Below, in pieces: positions 11,859 through 25,275 of a stretch of DNA of 64,000 bases. The notes under the pieces are model-generated. The model ran no database searches and was not told the DNA's origin. It saw nothing but the letters and a program-made list of their open reading frames with translations. Numbering within the stretch: position 1 is the stretch's first letter; the number at the start of each line of letters is the position of its first letter. The stretch is from Amoebophrya sp. A120 (lineage: Eukaryota > Protista > Dinoflagellata), in assembly GCA_905178155.1 (NCBI GenBank), contig CAJINV010000007.1:1186627-1250626 (forward strand), in the 5' to 3' direction. Made by a program: the position numbers and the translations under genes.

Positions 11859-14127
11859 TCATCATCATATTTGTGCGTGTCCTGGATGTTTCTTCATCAT
11901 CTCTTTTATCTTATGAGTGGACGGGCACCCAGTACTGCTTTATTCGGAATGACCCGAAAGTCACTCCGCTTGCCAGGTGTTATCCTGGCTTTTGTAGAAG
12001 GCGATCCCGCAGACATATTTAATCTCCCTTCCTGTATTCTCACAAAAATCTTCGCTGTCCACGTCGAACTGCACCCGGTCGTTCTCTTCGAGGTGCCAGA
12101 CCTCCCTTCTTTGGCCGGGTAAACGCACCCAGCTCTTGCCGCTGATCGTTTGAATTAATTCCTCCCTCCCCCGTTCCGCTTCTTGCTGTTGCTCCACTAT
12201 TCTTCTTCGCTGCTCTTCCCGCATTTTTTCGGTTTTTGCTGTTGCTGGCTTTTGTTTTTTCGCTCTGTCCAGTCTTCTACCTGTGTCGACCTGTCGCTTC
12301 TTTCTCATCAGCTCCTTGACTGTTGCTGCGTCCGGTGGCTGCTGCGCCATCGTTGCAGCATCCAGGCCGAAGTGCTGAAGGTCTTGCTCTACTAGCTTGC
12401 CCCACGGTGTTCTTGCTCTTATTTCCTTGGCTATCCACCTCCCCGACGGCTCTGTTGTGTCGCGGAAGGCATGGGCAACCCATGCGACCCGCTTCTCTTG
12501 CAGCATCGTCTCGATGTCGAGTATGCCTGCCTTTTTGCAGATCTCCAGCCTGCTAGCATACTCCGCCGCCTCGTCTGTCCCTGCCTCCTGTCGCTGCCAC
12601 TCCCTCTGCTCCCCTGTTATCGCTTTCAGCGTTTGGTGCTGGAAGCTGCGGAGGATCTTCAGGTCGTGCTCGTGCGGCACCCAGCACTCACTGTTGTACA
12701 GCGCCACGGAGCTACACAGCGACGTGTATAGCTCCGATTTGAGTCCTCTTGGGACCCCCTTATCTGCCCAGATCCGCCGCAGCTGCTTGGTGGTGGCTGT
12801 TGCTATCCCCGTGCGCCGCTCCACTTCCTTGGTGGTGCTGGCGTTGCTTGCTATTTCTGTCCCCAGGTACTTGAAGGAAGGCACAGTCTTTATTTCGTTC
12901 CCCTCTACTGTTTTCAGGTCCGCCGGCACCAAAACGGTGGCCCGCTGCGCCCTGGCTTTTTCTTCGATGTACCTCCCGACCCGTAGCTGTCTCTCTTCCT
13001 GTTCGGTCATTACTGGTCGGCAGAAACCCGTCGCCATGTGCCCCCGCAGTGCCCTTTCGTCCGGGAGGACGTCGTTGCACCGGGGACACACATGCGAGTT
13101 CTTCTCTTCCAGTACAGATCGAACCCGGCCCCGCCGGATGAGGCGTGTTGTCCGCCTACCGTCCAGCTCCGCCCAGCCCGTGCGCTTGTACCAGCACAAG
13201 CTGTGCCTGCCGTCATCCCATGCGATCAAATGCGTTATTTTCTCCATTGCCGGCGTGGTCGCCAGCTTGCGTCTTGCTGCCTCCGCGTGCTGCGGGACGA
13301 GGTCCACCCCATCCCACTCGATCGACCACCCCCACCGCTCTCCATCGGCTTCGTCGGTGGTGATCCGCTCCTTTTTTGCGTCTTCGTTGTTTTTCTCCCG
13401 CGGCGGCAGCCCTACCGTCATCGCCTCGGTCTTCTTTGCGTTTAGCTCTAGGCCCACAAATCTGCACGCAGCTTGTAGTTGGTGGAGGGTATGCTGCGCC
13501 TCCTCCCGTGTGTCCGATCTGATTACCAGGTCATCGACGAACCCCAACCACGATAAATACGCCGGGTCTACTTTGCTCTTTGTCCAGTATCCGTCCTCCA
13601 CCATCGTCTCCTCCAGCGCGCAGAGCGCGAAATTCAACACAAGGATGAAAATCAACGGCGACAAACTGCTTCCCTGTCGGATTCCGGATTTTTGCTGTGT
13701 CGCGCTGCTTCTCTGCCCCGGCCCCAGCTTCAGGCAAAAAGTCGCCCGGTTGTACATCTTCCGGACCAATTCTGCCAAGTCGGGGGGGAATCCCTGCCAC
13801 TGGATGACAAGGCTAAGCCGCTCCCAGTCCAAAGAATCGTATGCCTTCTGGAAGTCTGTGAAGTCATAAGCCCTTGTGTCCCCATCCCGGATTGCGGTCT
13901 CCATATCCCGCAGCAACTGGAAGACCGCATGTCTGCAGCTTAACCCCTGTATGGACCCCTTCTGCTTCTTGTTCACGTACCCATACGCGGATTTGCGGAC
14001 CCGCTTCAGTATGATGAGCGAGACTAGTTTTTCCCCGTAGTGCAGCAGCGCTACTGGGCGGTAGTTCTGTGGTTGGGCCCTTGGCCCGCTTTTGTGCAAC
14101 AGCGCAATCGTGGCATCGAGCCACGAC
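11859..14127 (-). mobile_element. 5'-truncated non-LTR retrotransposon (LINE, RTE-like)
   Basis: TSD tggaacatca at 11849-11858 and 14128-14137, (TGA)n 3' tail at ~11855-11868, and an RT ORF with no endonuclease domain. Confidence 0.9.
11961..14127 (-). CDS. Non-LTR reverse transcriptase (N-terminally truncated) with an internal zinc-finger insertion
   Basis: Motifs NYRPVALL, DFQKAYDSL, GIRQGSSLSP, FVDDL, GLELNAKKT, FKYLG and LYNSECW; CPRC-x12-H-x4-C lies between KKTEAM and FKYLG. Confidence 0.92.
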
Positions 14128-14776
14128 TGGAACATCAACATCACAAAGTTAAAACAAACACGAACCACACGGTCGTGCGTGACGGGGAGCTCGACAATGA
14201 GCGCCGCAACAAAAACAGTTGTACTGGACGACTTTCGGTGTAGTTCCGTCTCAATTTGCAGCTGTGTGGAGCAAAATTTAGTCGTTTTGGCTGCGTGACA
14301 CGTTGCAATACTTTCAAATATCTTTACGTAAAAATACAGAGGCGGCAGCTGAAGGTGCCTTGCAACGGGAACGTCCGTCAAGAACTTAGTAATGCTTTTT
14401 CTCCATGTAGATGTAGCTTACATCTACTAATGGAGATTTTGACTCCTCAGGTTTATTTTGTACGCTCTAAAAACTCCGCCAGATTCAAAAATGTAATCCC
14501 AACAGATACCTTTCCTGCGAAGATGCTTATCATTAGATTTTAGTTTTGAAAAAAAGGCTCAAATGAGCGGAATCACCTCCCCCGCTCGATGAAACAAGTA
14601 CACAACGCGTGCACGACTTGGACGCATCGCTCAGGCATGATACCCTGTCCTGTATTCTTGAAATAAAAACTACATCACGACACGAAGCTATGCGGGAAGA
14701 AGTTATCACTTGAAGAAGTGATAGCTCCGTTAATACAGGTATAGATCCAGAAAAGAACGCCGGCTGCATAAATACT

Positions 14777-17700
14777 TCAGACGTATTCCATCTGTATGTA
14801 CCCCACGTCGATTTTTCGCAAGATTTCCTCCACCGCGGACTCGATCTTCGTGAGCCGCAGATTCATCGCTTCCACGTAGTGTGGCACCGTGGGTGCGGTC
14901 GTGGCGGCGGCGGGTACTGCTACTCCAACTCCCGTCGGCGCTGCAGCTGCCGTGCTCTGCACGGAAACCCGTGCGTTGTTTGCCGCGTTGTTGGACAGAT
15001 TTGACGGCCGGTTCTTCCCGGGCGAGTTGCTTTTGCCGCTTAACCGTCTCTCTTGGTAGGTGAGTTCCCCGAGTGCGTGCACCACGGTCTCGACGTCTTT
15101 TTTCATCTGCGGAACCTCCTTGACCAGCTTCAAAATCCGCTCGAGTTCGATAGGGCGGTTGCTGGTTACCGTCTTCAGAATCTGGTCGCAGAATTCCTCA
15201 ATGGACACCTCGCCTCCGCCGTCTGTGTCCAACATTTCGAACAGTTCCAGCGGGTCGTCGGACCCCATGATTCCGCACAGTTCGTCCTTCAGCGCCGGAT
15301 CGGAATTAAGGCCGTGCACGAGCTCGGCCTTCGAAATGTCCCCGCTGCCGTCCTCGTCCAGCGCCTCGAACATAATGCGCAGTTCCGGGAGCATGCGCTG
15401 CAGCCGCTGCGCTTCGTAGGCGGCCTGCACCTCCTTGTCGGATTTGGCCTGCTCGATCGCCCCCTCCACGATCACAGCCGTCACCAAGTTCATCAGGGCG
15501 ACGGAAACAATCAGGATGAAGCCCATGAAAAAGATCGCCAACCCGGGCTCCCGTCGAATCATCGGCACGTAAATGCCCCCGATGGAATCCAGCGTCACAA
15601 ATTGCACCTGGAGGTGGTGGAGAGAGTTTCTTTATTTCATCTTGAAGAACCGTTACGAGTACGTACCTCGTCTGGTGTTGTATGTGCGGGAACATTCTCA
15701 ACAGACGCGGCACTTCTACCGGACGAGTGTGGTACACAAATTAAAGAGATTCATTTTTCTTCAGCAAGCTTCTTCACTATGTTTCTGTACTAGTGTCAGC
15801 ATGGTATCGAAGAGTCCGTTGAAGTGGTTGTCTACGATGGCGGCTAGTTGTGCGTCGTCTGCGTATTGGCTTTTGTTTTTCGTGATCAGCTCGACCGCAA
15901 GAACCCCGCTGACGTAGAGAATCAGAAAAATCAGGACGAAGGTGTAACACATCGTGCCGGCAGACGAAAGCAGCCCCCGCACCAACATCCACAGCGTCTT
16001 GAAAGCGACCAGGAGACGCACCTAAAGCGAAGAGTTTTTATGCGGATGCAACTTCTACACCTCGTCCTACCAACAGTGAAGCATACCGGTTTCGTCATCT
16101 ACCTCTTGCTGGCGCTCACACTTCATTTCTGCAGAACACTTCGAAAGCTGCCACGCTCTAGTTGCTTCCGTTTGTTCTCGTTTATTTTCACAATGGGTGC
16201 AGCTATTATAGTGAATCTGAATCCTTTCGTTGTTCAAGAACCAAAATAAACGATACCGCCCTGGCCAGCCGGAGCAGCCGCAAGACGCGGAGGACGAGAA
16301 GCGGCCCGAGCTCCTCTGGTGTTTCGCTGAAAATCGAGGGCAACACCCAGGTGGAAAGAACCCCGACGAAGACCAAAATCGCGTCGAACATGACCCAGCC
16401 CGACTTCAAACAGCCGAGCCCGAACCCGTAAAACCTCGCCAGCAGCTCCAGCATGTAGATCGACAGGAAGATGTGCTCGATGTCCGCGAAAAAGCTCGTG
16501 CTCTGACCCGTTATCTCGTAGTGGGACTCGATCCCGATGGTGATGGAGTTCATCAAAATTACGATACCGATGGCGGCGTCGAACTTCTGCAGCGATAACA
16601 CTTGTATACTCCGGAAATAAAGCACACTATCGAAGAACAGAACGCGCACTAATTGCAGCAATCTTGCATGACAAAACTAACCCACGAACAATGCAGTGCC
16701 AGACCCAGCACCTTCACAGGTTTTACTTTTTCATGAGATCTAAAGTTCTCGGCATGCAAATTGCCGTACTAGGATGTATCCGTCGTGGTTCTCTGCGTAG
16801 TCGTCGATAGTGGTCGTACAAGAGAAATTAATTGCAATGCGTAGTCCACTGCACGTGGTACCGCAGCTTGGAGTGGAAACTGGCATCATCCCCTGGCCAA
16901 TCGTCCACTGTCATGGACTTGCTCGCCTTCAGACTGAAACCCGCGCGAGCGCGTTCCGCCTGAAATAAAAAGTTGATTTTTTCTCAGCATGCTCGACAAG
17001 ATGAAATGTATTTCCACAATGGAGGCAAAAACTTAATTTCAAAGAACGCGTGAGTACTATTGATAAATATCGCCTTAAAAATACTTCTTCCATCTGCTTC
17101 TTTTCCTCCTCTTCCCGCAGCTAGTATGAGAACGAAAATTGTCGCGAAAACAACCAACCTCCTGCTCTGCATGATCATTCTTTTTTGCGACTCCAAGTAG
17201 ATTTTACCCGTTCCTCCTTTCACAATGAAATGCAAGGTAGAAATCCATCAGAGTTCGTCGGGGAGCGACAATTTTCACGCACGTTACTTTCTTCTCCTGC
17301 TGCATTTCGCGAAGCCCATAGGAGCTGGGTATCCTCTGGAAACGATCTCAGGACATAAAGTCATACTGGATGAGGGGCCTAATTTTGCGTAACACAAGCT
17401 CCGACCACCACACAATACGTGCAGATACAGAGTATCCCGACGTAGATCTTGGAGATTCCTTTCCAAGCTGGGCTGCTAGCACTACACGAATTCGTTCGAA
17501 TCACAGACAACCAAACAAATCCAAATCCACCGTATGATAAGTATTTGATAATTTCTTTCCTAGATCGTTCCCCAGACCCTACTTGGACTGGCGTCCATGC
17601 GCGAAACCGCAGGGGACGGTTGTTTGGAAAATCTTTCCCGTGTCGAAATGCTGATTTCCGACCGGTTGTAGTGCTGCTTCTCGTCTGTGGTCGAGGTGGC

Positions 17701-18072
17701 ATCCTCGGAGGCACTGAGTACGGAATCCTCCTCGTCTAAGGGCTTTACCTGCGGTCGCACGCGGTAGTATGGAGAGATTCGATAGTACGAGCGCTCTTTT
17801 CCTCTGCAACCAGACTAGAGTCGGCTGCGCACGCGTTCCAACAACTCGCGTTGGCATGCATACCATAGGATAGAGAAGTTCTTCTTCTTCTTTCTCTGTG
17901 AATAAGAAAAAATAAATGCCATTTATTCTTGCACCGCTGCAATACCGTTACTCAGATGCAGCGCAGAGTCGCGGTCGTTCTTTCCCAGACATACATACCG
18001 CTGCTGCGACATCTCGGCGGTGGTCGCGTCGGAAGCGTGGCTCCCTTTGCGATCCATCCCCGGTTTCTTCAT
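14777..18072 (-). CDS. Single-domain (6TM) voltage-gated cation channel with two C-terminal EF hands
   Basis: S4 LRVLRLLRLARAVR, pore TLVQFVTLDS, S6 LMNLVTAVIVE, EF hands DEDGSGDISKAE and DTDGGGEVSIEE. GT-AG introns at 15608-15790 and 16022-16256. Exons upstream of ~16590 and the start at 18072 are tentative. Confidence 0.85.
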
Positions 18073-19109
18073 TTTAGTCAAGCACAGTGCGCCGAGCCAC
18101 TTTGACTCTTTCCTTTTACGAATATGTATCAACGATCATGTTACAAAAGAGTAGAAGTGGAAGTACGAGTTGTATCCCAGGGGGATGTTGACTTCGATTT
18201 TTTTCTGTAACAGCGACATACTCTCACACTCTCGCACCCAAGCTTCGTAGTTTCTCTCGCCCAGGTACTAACAACTCCTTGTCAGTACAGCACCCGTAGC
18301 CCACAAATAAAATGTTGCCAGATCATAACTTCTGACAGCACGACCATGCTGGTGCTGACACTCGAAAGGAAGAGCTTACCCACTGGCCACGGCCCGCTGT
18401 GTTTGCCTTTGAACTGCAGCTGCAGGTTGAGCGGGAAGCTGCAGCTTGAAACGGTAGCAGCGAAAGCCTCTTCGCAGCTGGCTCTCCTCAATATCCATTG
18501 AGATCTTGGTCTACTACTTTCGTTGGCTTAATTTCACACAAAAAAAATAGAGCCCACTGTGGTCCTCAAGAACTCGCTCTAATGTAGTTCTTTGCTGCGG
18601 AGTGGCCCAACAAGTTCCATGTTGTCCACTTCAGAATCAAAAGTGCGCAAAAACCTATGGTGAAACTGAATCCTGGCTCCGGCGACCTGGAAAATGATTC
18701 CATATACTTATGCTGGTTCATCGTGGTCGACGCGGGTCGAGAGCCCGGTAAGGAAACCTGTTTCATCCTTCCCGCGCAAATTGACAGAAACTGGTTTGCA
18801 TTTTTAGTTCATCCTGTTGTAAAACAGCTCGAGCCTCGGCTTGTGTTGCTCTATTACTTCCGGCTGTCCGTTCAGTGCAAACTGGAGGGTATGGAATTGA
18901 GAAAAGTGTCACATTATTCCTGAGCCTGACAGTAGACTTAGAGGACTCCATGTGCGCATGACAAAAGCCTGTTGCCATGCACGAAGAACGCCGTCGCAGC
19001 TCACCACGCCATGACAAGTAAGTACGGGGATATTATTACAAGTGCAAAACTAACAGCGGCGCGCATTCTTTCTTGTGCTACTAGTACCCGATTATATCAT
19101 CTTGTGCTA

Positions 19110-22100
19110 CTAGTACCCGACATGACAAACATGATCTGTAATGTGCAGCGCGCAAATACCCATTATGAGCATTCTTTTCTCCGCATAGAGAATCTGCAGG
19201 TTGAACAGGAAAACGGGGTTGTCCGGCTCCTTCTCCAACGCCTTTGCCTGAAATTTGTATAATGTATAGCAGTTGTATATCTTCACGACGCCAATAGTAA
19301 TCATCCCCATACTAGTCTGCATCACGGGGCAATAATGCAACGGCTCTGTCATCTGTCATGTTGAGAGGCTAAGGGGAGGGCGTCCCATTTTTTTATAAAA
19401 GCTACAAACGGTAAGCACCTACCCAGCAAACTCTGAGCGGGCTCTGTCATCTGTCATGCAAAAACTGCTTTATCCAGCTTATTTTCATCGCAAAGCACCA
19501 ACGTGTACCAAGCCCATCTGCGCCTAGCTCATCACGGTGGAAATTTCGGGCGGAACAACTGCAGTGATTTCTCCATCCCACTTCTCTTTTTCATGCCTGC
19601 TTTCTTAAGAGCATGCTATTCTGGTTCTCTCCGTCGAACGTCTCACGCAGAGGCTGCTGCAATAATGTATTAAAAGCTCGTCGTACATAATAAATTCAGC
19701 AAAAAATGAAAAACCACACAGCATCCTGTCTCGACCCAAATCTGTCCCTTGGATATGCTCCCACGCCCCGGCCAACATCCACACAGCAGCCATGTTACTC
19801 CACAAAAACGCCTGCTCGGGTTCCCACTTCAACCCATTAGCCAGCGCGTCTTGCGCCTCCTGGAGCATGTTCAAATTACCGTACGCAACCCCGAGCGCGT
19901 TCCACCCGTGGAAATTTGCAGAGGAAAAACTTCTCAACTTCTGCAGCTCAATTTCTTGTACTAAAATTGTAAGAGTATCTATGCATAGTCAGAGTGGCAT
20001 TGCAATGCGGGTGCGCGAAGATATCTCGTAACAGTTCGCACGTGATGTCACGGTCACAAATAATTGAGGCTGCGTTCAGCAGATTCTACTTTCTTCTTCA
20101 CATGGCATAAGGGAAGATCCGCATTGATTTTCAACCCGTGCTCGATTGCGTTCACGGCTTCCTCATACCTGATTTTATTGTACATCGAGAGCCACTAGAG
20201 AAACTTACGCGAGATGAAAATGCGACATGGAACGCAAGCTACAAGCGCACAAGCTCCTGTCTTTCCCAGCTGTGGTTCCAGCTCGCATGACAGGCAAATA
20301 AGAAAAGCATCAATGTCATAAGTACCTTTTCAGTATTGTCAGCGTGAACCCGTAGTCCACAAAAAGCGCAAAAGTGTTGTAGCCGGCAAAGCCGATGCCG
20401 TGGCCCTTCATGATTTTTTCGAACCGCGGGAGCGCAAGCTCAAACCGACTGGTTTCTATGTACACTTGGGCGATGCAGTAGTCTGTAAGCGCGTTGTCGT
20501 CGTGCAGCACCAGGCTCATGTTGTAGTGGTGCAAAGCTTCCTCCCAACTGTGAATCAGTTTTTGTGTTGGATAGAATGATTCAGCCATGTAGAATTTTGT
20601 GCAGTTGTTTCCTCTACTTGAATTCATCTGCATTCTCACACATAGCGTGCAGAGCTGCAGGACCAAAACCAAAAGTATCAAAAGCTCGCCACAAATACAA
20701 TCAAACAAGGTTACAAAGGCCTGGAAATTTTTCACACTACAAATACCGATTTTCCCTATGATAAACCGTTCCTAGCTGGTGATGTGACTTTAGACTCCGG
20801 GGCCAACTTGCCGTGTCCACTCCGAAAAGGACCTCCCGATTGCGCCAGTGCCCCACCCGGATGGTGCAGTTGACGACAAACGCCGCGAGCCAGAGAAAGG
20901 AAAAAAGGAAAACCAGTATCCGACAGCAGCTTAAGTTAGTATTTGCCGATGATTCTTGTGCTAACCCTCCCGACAACTTATTTGTCGTCGATGATGGAGT
21001 CGTGGTGCCGCTCGTTTTCTGCATTTGCTTCAGATTGTCTTCCGATAGATTGTTCTGGTTTTTGCTTTTCCGGGCATTGTTCGCGGGCGACGCGCCGCGG
21101 GAACGCTTTCTGGAGGGTATGGAAGCGAGGAAAGATGAACAGAGCAGGGCAAGTTAGCAGTACAATCAAGGCCGTAGTAGCTCTGTTTATTATGCGTACA
21201 GACACAACAACTGCAACTGCTGTCCGGCGGCCTGATGAACGGACAATAACCTTGATCCTATGCATCATCAAACGTGATTACACGAAACGAATGAAATAAC
21301 ACGCATCGGCACTACAAGGCGATCTTACAGATGCTGACTGATGAACTGCTCTACTTCATCCGCATCATACCCGCTGGAGCTTTCGACGCCGAGGCGGAAG
21401 AGGACTGTATTTCGAATTTTGAGAACATTGTCATGCGAAATAAACTACTTCCAAACAACTGATGCCTGGGAAAAACTGTTTGTGATCATGTGATGTGCCA
21501 GAAGTCCTATAATATGCTCCACAAATATTCCACAAAAAACGCTCCAGAACTACACACGCAAAAAAGTTGTTCCCGGCTTTATTAATACCACTCTCCCCTT
21601 GCTCGCACTGCTGCTATCGGACATGCTATCGGCCTCGGAAGGTGCGCGCGTCGTCGGACTGAGTGCCGGGAAAAAACCCAGGCCGGATTTCGTTCTGCTC
21701 GAGAATTGAATGGACCCGCTGCAGAGCTGGTTGATGATCGCGGGCACGAAGAATGCAATCCCGCAGGTGCTACAGTAGAGTAGCCGCTCCCCGACCGTGA
21801 CCCCCACAACAAAAAAGAGGTTGCTGGCGGGGAGGAAGGGCACCAACACCCAGAACACTCCGACCAAGCCCTGGTGGGATTGTGGACTTGTTTGCACAAA
21901 ATCTTCCCCTCGACCAACGAATGGGTGTTTACCACTACTTCGACTTTGTCGTCTCCTGCCGTTCGCGAAGCGGGAGACTAACGCGACCAGACCCAGGTAT
22001 ACCGTGGCAATCAACAGACAACGGTAGTCGTCGAAATGCGTTTTCAACAGGGGGATGGCGTCGTAGGAGTAGTCCCAACTGAGGTCCCAGGGAAAGAGCA

Positions 22101-24245
22101 GGAGCTTGCAGTAAAAGGCGTGCTGGTACATGTAGGACAACGTCCGGGTGAGCAGCGACCCGGAATACTGGATCGGCGTGTCCACAAAGGAAAACCCCGC
22201 GGACGTGCCCCCGGTTATGAATTGCAAAAATGTCTGGGTCTGGAAAAATGCGACATCTGTCATGCTAGTCTGGCATGACTCTTAGATCTGTCATGCACGT
22301 TACCCAAGAGCCCCATTTTGCTGCCATGCAGAAACGCAGTTTGTCATGCAGAATAGGCAACACCTAGGAGCTCGAAAGCTTGTCCTGCTGAGCCAGCACT
22401 TGTGGCCTCTTCATGATACGCCACCCAGCATCACAAGTTTCCAGACCCAGACATTTTTACAATCCATACCGGTTAGGTAGCTGCGGAACCCGAAGATGAG
22501 CAGAAACATGACGAGGAACAGCATCCCGGTCAGAATGTTCCGGTTCGGCCGCGTCACTTCCACTGTGACCAGGAAAGGAATCACCATGAACCCGCTCTCC
22601 TTGCACAGCCCGGCGGTCAAGCACAGCAGCGCGTGCAGGGGAAACAGGGACACGGAGTTACTGTCGAGATAGACGTAGAACACCAAAATCCAGATGGCCG
22701 TGTATCAAAATGAAAAATCCCCCCCATATCAAAACAAAAACTTGTGGTGTTGATTTGTGGGCATCTTTGTCTTGCCTATAGGGCAGTAGGAGCCATGTGG
22801 CGCATTCCAAAGCCAATCTGTCATGCGCTTTCGGCTACTGCAAACCTGTCTGCCATGCGCTATTGCTAGCCTGCTGCATACCCGAACAGGCTTAGAAAAT
22901 GCCGCCAAGCACTTTCTGCAAGAGAAATCTGATTTGTGTACGCAAATCCAGCATCAGAAACTTCGTTTTGATATGGGGAGGGGGAATTTTTCCTCACAAT
23001 ACCGTGGCCATCATGTCCGCGCGCCCGACCAAGTACACCACGTTTTCCACGTGGACCGGGTGCGCCGCGAAGAGGCAGCAGGCGAGAGTTATGGCCCAGG
23101 CGTTCGGAACGACGGCGAGAAGAGGAGCTCCAGGGCTTTTATTTCCAGGAGATGCTGCGGAGGAAGATGAAGTAGAACTTGTTCTCCCGTCTATTGTTGT
23201 CGTTGTACTAGCGAAGACGACGTCTTCTACTTCGTCGGTGTGGTACAGGAAGAATTTTGCGAGGTACGTCTTTAAGGAGTTTTTCCCACTAAATATCGCA
23301 CTGCCCCCGCTGCTTGTGCTGCTATTTGCTCCATTTTTCTTCCCCCCAAGAACTACCGGGCTGCTGGCGAAATCCAGATCGTTCTCCCCCCCTGTGGTCG
23401 CAGAAGATGGGGAACCCGGTGCAGAAATTCCTTGCCTGTCCGACGCTGGCACGTCCTCTACTATCCCACCACCGCCGCCAGCCGCTCTAACGAATGATTT
23501 TCTTGTTCCGTCGGAAAAGCTGCAGAACCTCTTGACCTTGACCGCGTGGAACTTCAACGCGACGAAGTACAGCAAGACGCTGTTCAGTGCGTGCAGCCAC
23601 ATGGAAAAGGCCCGTAAGGGTTGGGGCTTGATATCCCCGATATTCCAGAACTCCAAACAGTAGGTATTACAATGAAAAATGCCCCCGCCCCAGAACTTGG
23701 GAGAATCTGCATTGCAAACCTTTCCAAATGAAACACTCGCCCTCTTGCATTTATCAGCATCACAGACTTTCAATCGTGAATATCAAAAATTTGTATTGCA
23801 GAAGATCCCAGCAAGAGCGGCGCTTCTCATGCAAGCAATGCTATATACGCCTAGACTCTTCATCGGAAAGATTCATACTCCTTTCATGCATGACAAAAAG
23901 TTTTCACTTGGAGACTTCGCATCGCAAATTATTGCCACTTTGGGGGTGGGGGCATTTTTCATTGCAATAGTAGGACAGCACGGTCAGCGGCCGGTACGAC
24001 TTGTGCGTCCAGGCGCCCTTAGCCCACAGCGGGTTCCCCCAGAAGTCGTGGCTGAAGACGGACACCCAGGAGCTCTCGTTCTTCGCATCTTCGTTCCGCA
24101 CGATCGCAAACAACTCGTCGATGTACCACTCACTGTAGAAGAGGGAGCGGAAGTACGGGCCGATTGAGCAGAGGAGGATGAGAGTCACCGGGAACTCCTC
24201 TAGCACGTACGCAATCAGCGCGATCAACCTGGACACGGGCTGCAT
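19110..24245 (-). CDS. TMTC: TMTC-family protein O-mannosyltransferase (TM region + DUF1736 + TPR repeats), multi-exon
   Basis: DFWG...HKSYRPL, FAAHPVHVENV...VGRAD, LCKESG, LSWDYS and FLPASNLFFVVGVTVGERLLY, followed by TPR-like exons (GWNALGVAYGNL). The 3' end is uncertain and may extend to ~18570. Confidence 0.9.
22216..22468. mobile_element. TIR introner, family A (opposite orientation to 3541-3792)
   Basis: Perfect TSD ccggt; joins YLTG to GTSAGF. Confidence 0.95.
22703..23001. mobile_element. TIR introner, family B
   Basis: Perfect TSD ccgtg; joins MMAT to AIWILV. Confidence 0.93.
23665..23969. mobile_element. TIR introner, family B-like
   Basis: tattacaatgaaaaatgccccc...ggggcatttttcattgcaata; perfect TSD gtagg. 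Confidence 0.93.
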
Positions 24246-25275
24246 CTTGATGTTGTCTCTTCTGCTAGTATCGTGTTGTGGTCAACCAGCAGCAGAGCTA
24301 GGTACTTAAGACGACGGGTCGTGCACGTGCTAGGCTACTTCTACGAGCTTGAAGCTTGCGAGAACCTGCACAAGGGAGGACGAGCGGCAGCAAGCGGGAG
24401 GTCCTTACGCTCGTCAGACTGATACCTACGCAGGCCCCGCCCTCGCTTTGCTACGTTCACTTGTTTCTGTTTGTATCACATACTACGGATAATAGATAAA
24501 ATTGGGCGACCTTTCCGACACATCGAAAGTAGTGAAAAGGCAAACTTTCACTTCTTCAAGAAACTCACCGATAAACGAGAGAGGCCGAGCTAGGACCCTT
24601 AGGAAGCAAGCAGTCGTGCTCAACGCTTCTCTTTTGGTCGGCAAAGATGATCGGTCGAACTTGAAATTTTTCGGGAAAAACTGCGCTATTTTCAACTGGC
24701 TATCCCTAAGCGATTGGGCAGCAAACACAAAAAGTAAAAAAAGAAAATCAAAATAGACACGACAAAAGAAACAGAGAACGTCGAACAGAAGAAGAGCCAC
24801 ACCTAGAACAACCTCACCTTTCCAGAACCATACGAACCAGCAATACTTTCCGTCTTCTACCGATCGATGGTAACTACAAATAAAGGGATCTTTACAACTT
24901 CTACCTCTTTACTCTGGTGTGAATCGATTTACTGTGCGGGATCCTGAGCAGAAACGGAACACGAGAAAATAAGGACGAGAGAATCCACAGGTCGCAGAAT
25001 ATTAAACAAGCGGAAAACCGACGCTCACCTCGAGCCGCACTTAGTTACCATGCGATGATCGCGTCTACGGTCTTATTGTCTTAAGTAAACAACACTCACT
25101 ATCCAGCGACAACGTGCCCGCACTGGTTCCTTCATCTAGGAGAATGACATGCAGCAGAGCCAGGTGTTGTAGAATGCTGCTTCAGCAGCACATGCCGTTG
25201 CCGATTTGCCGTGTATTAAAGTCAGTTATGTGCACCTTGCAGTCTGCCTCTGTTGCGCGGGAATATATCTCATTT

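Noticed and set aside
14128-14381. N-terminal extension of the RT ORF
   Set aside because: It lies outside the TSD, so it is flanking DNA that happens to be open; the element is 5'-truncated.
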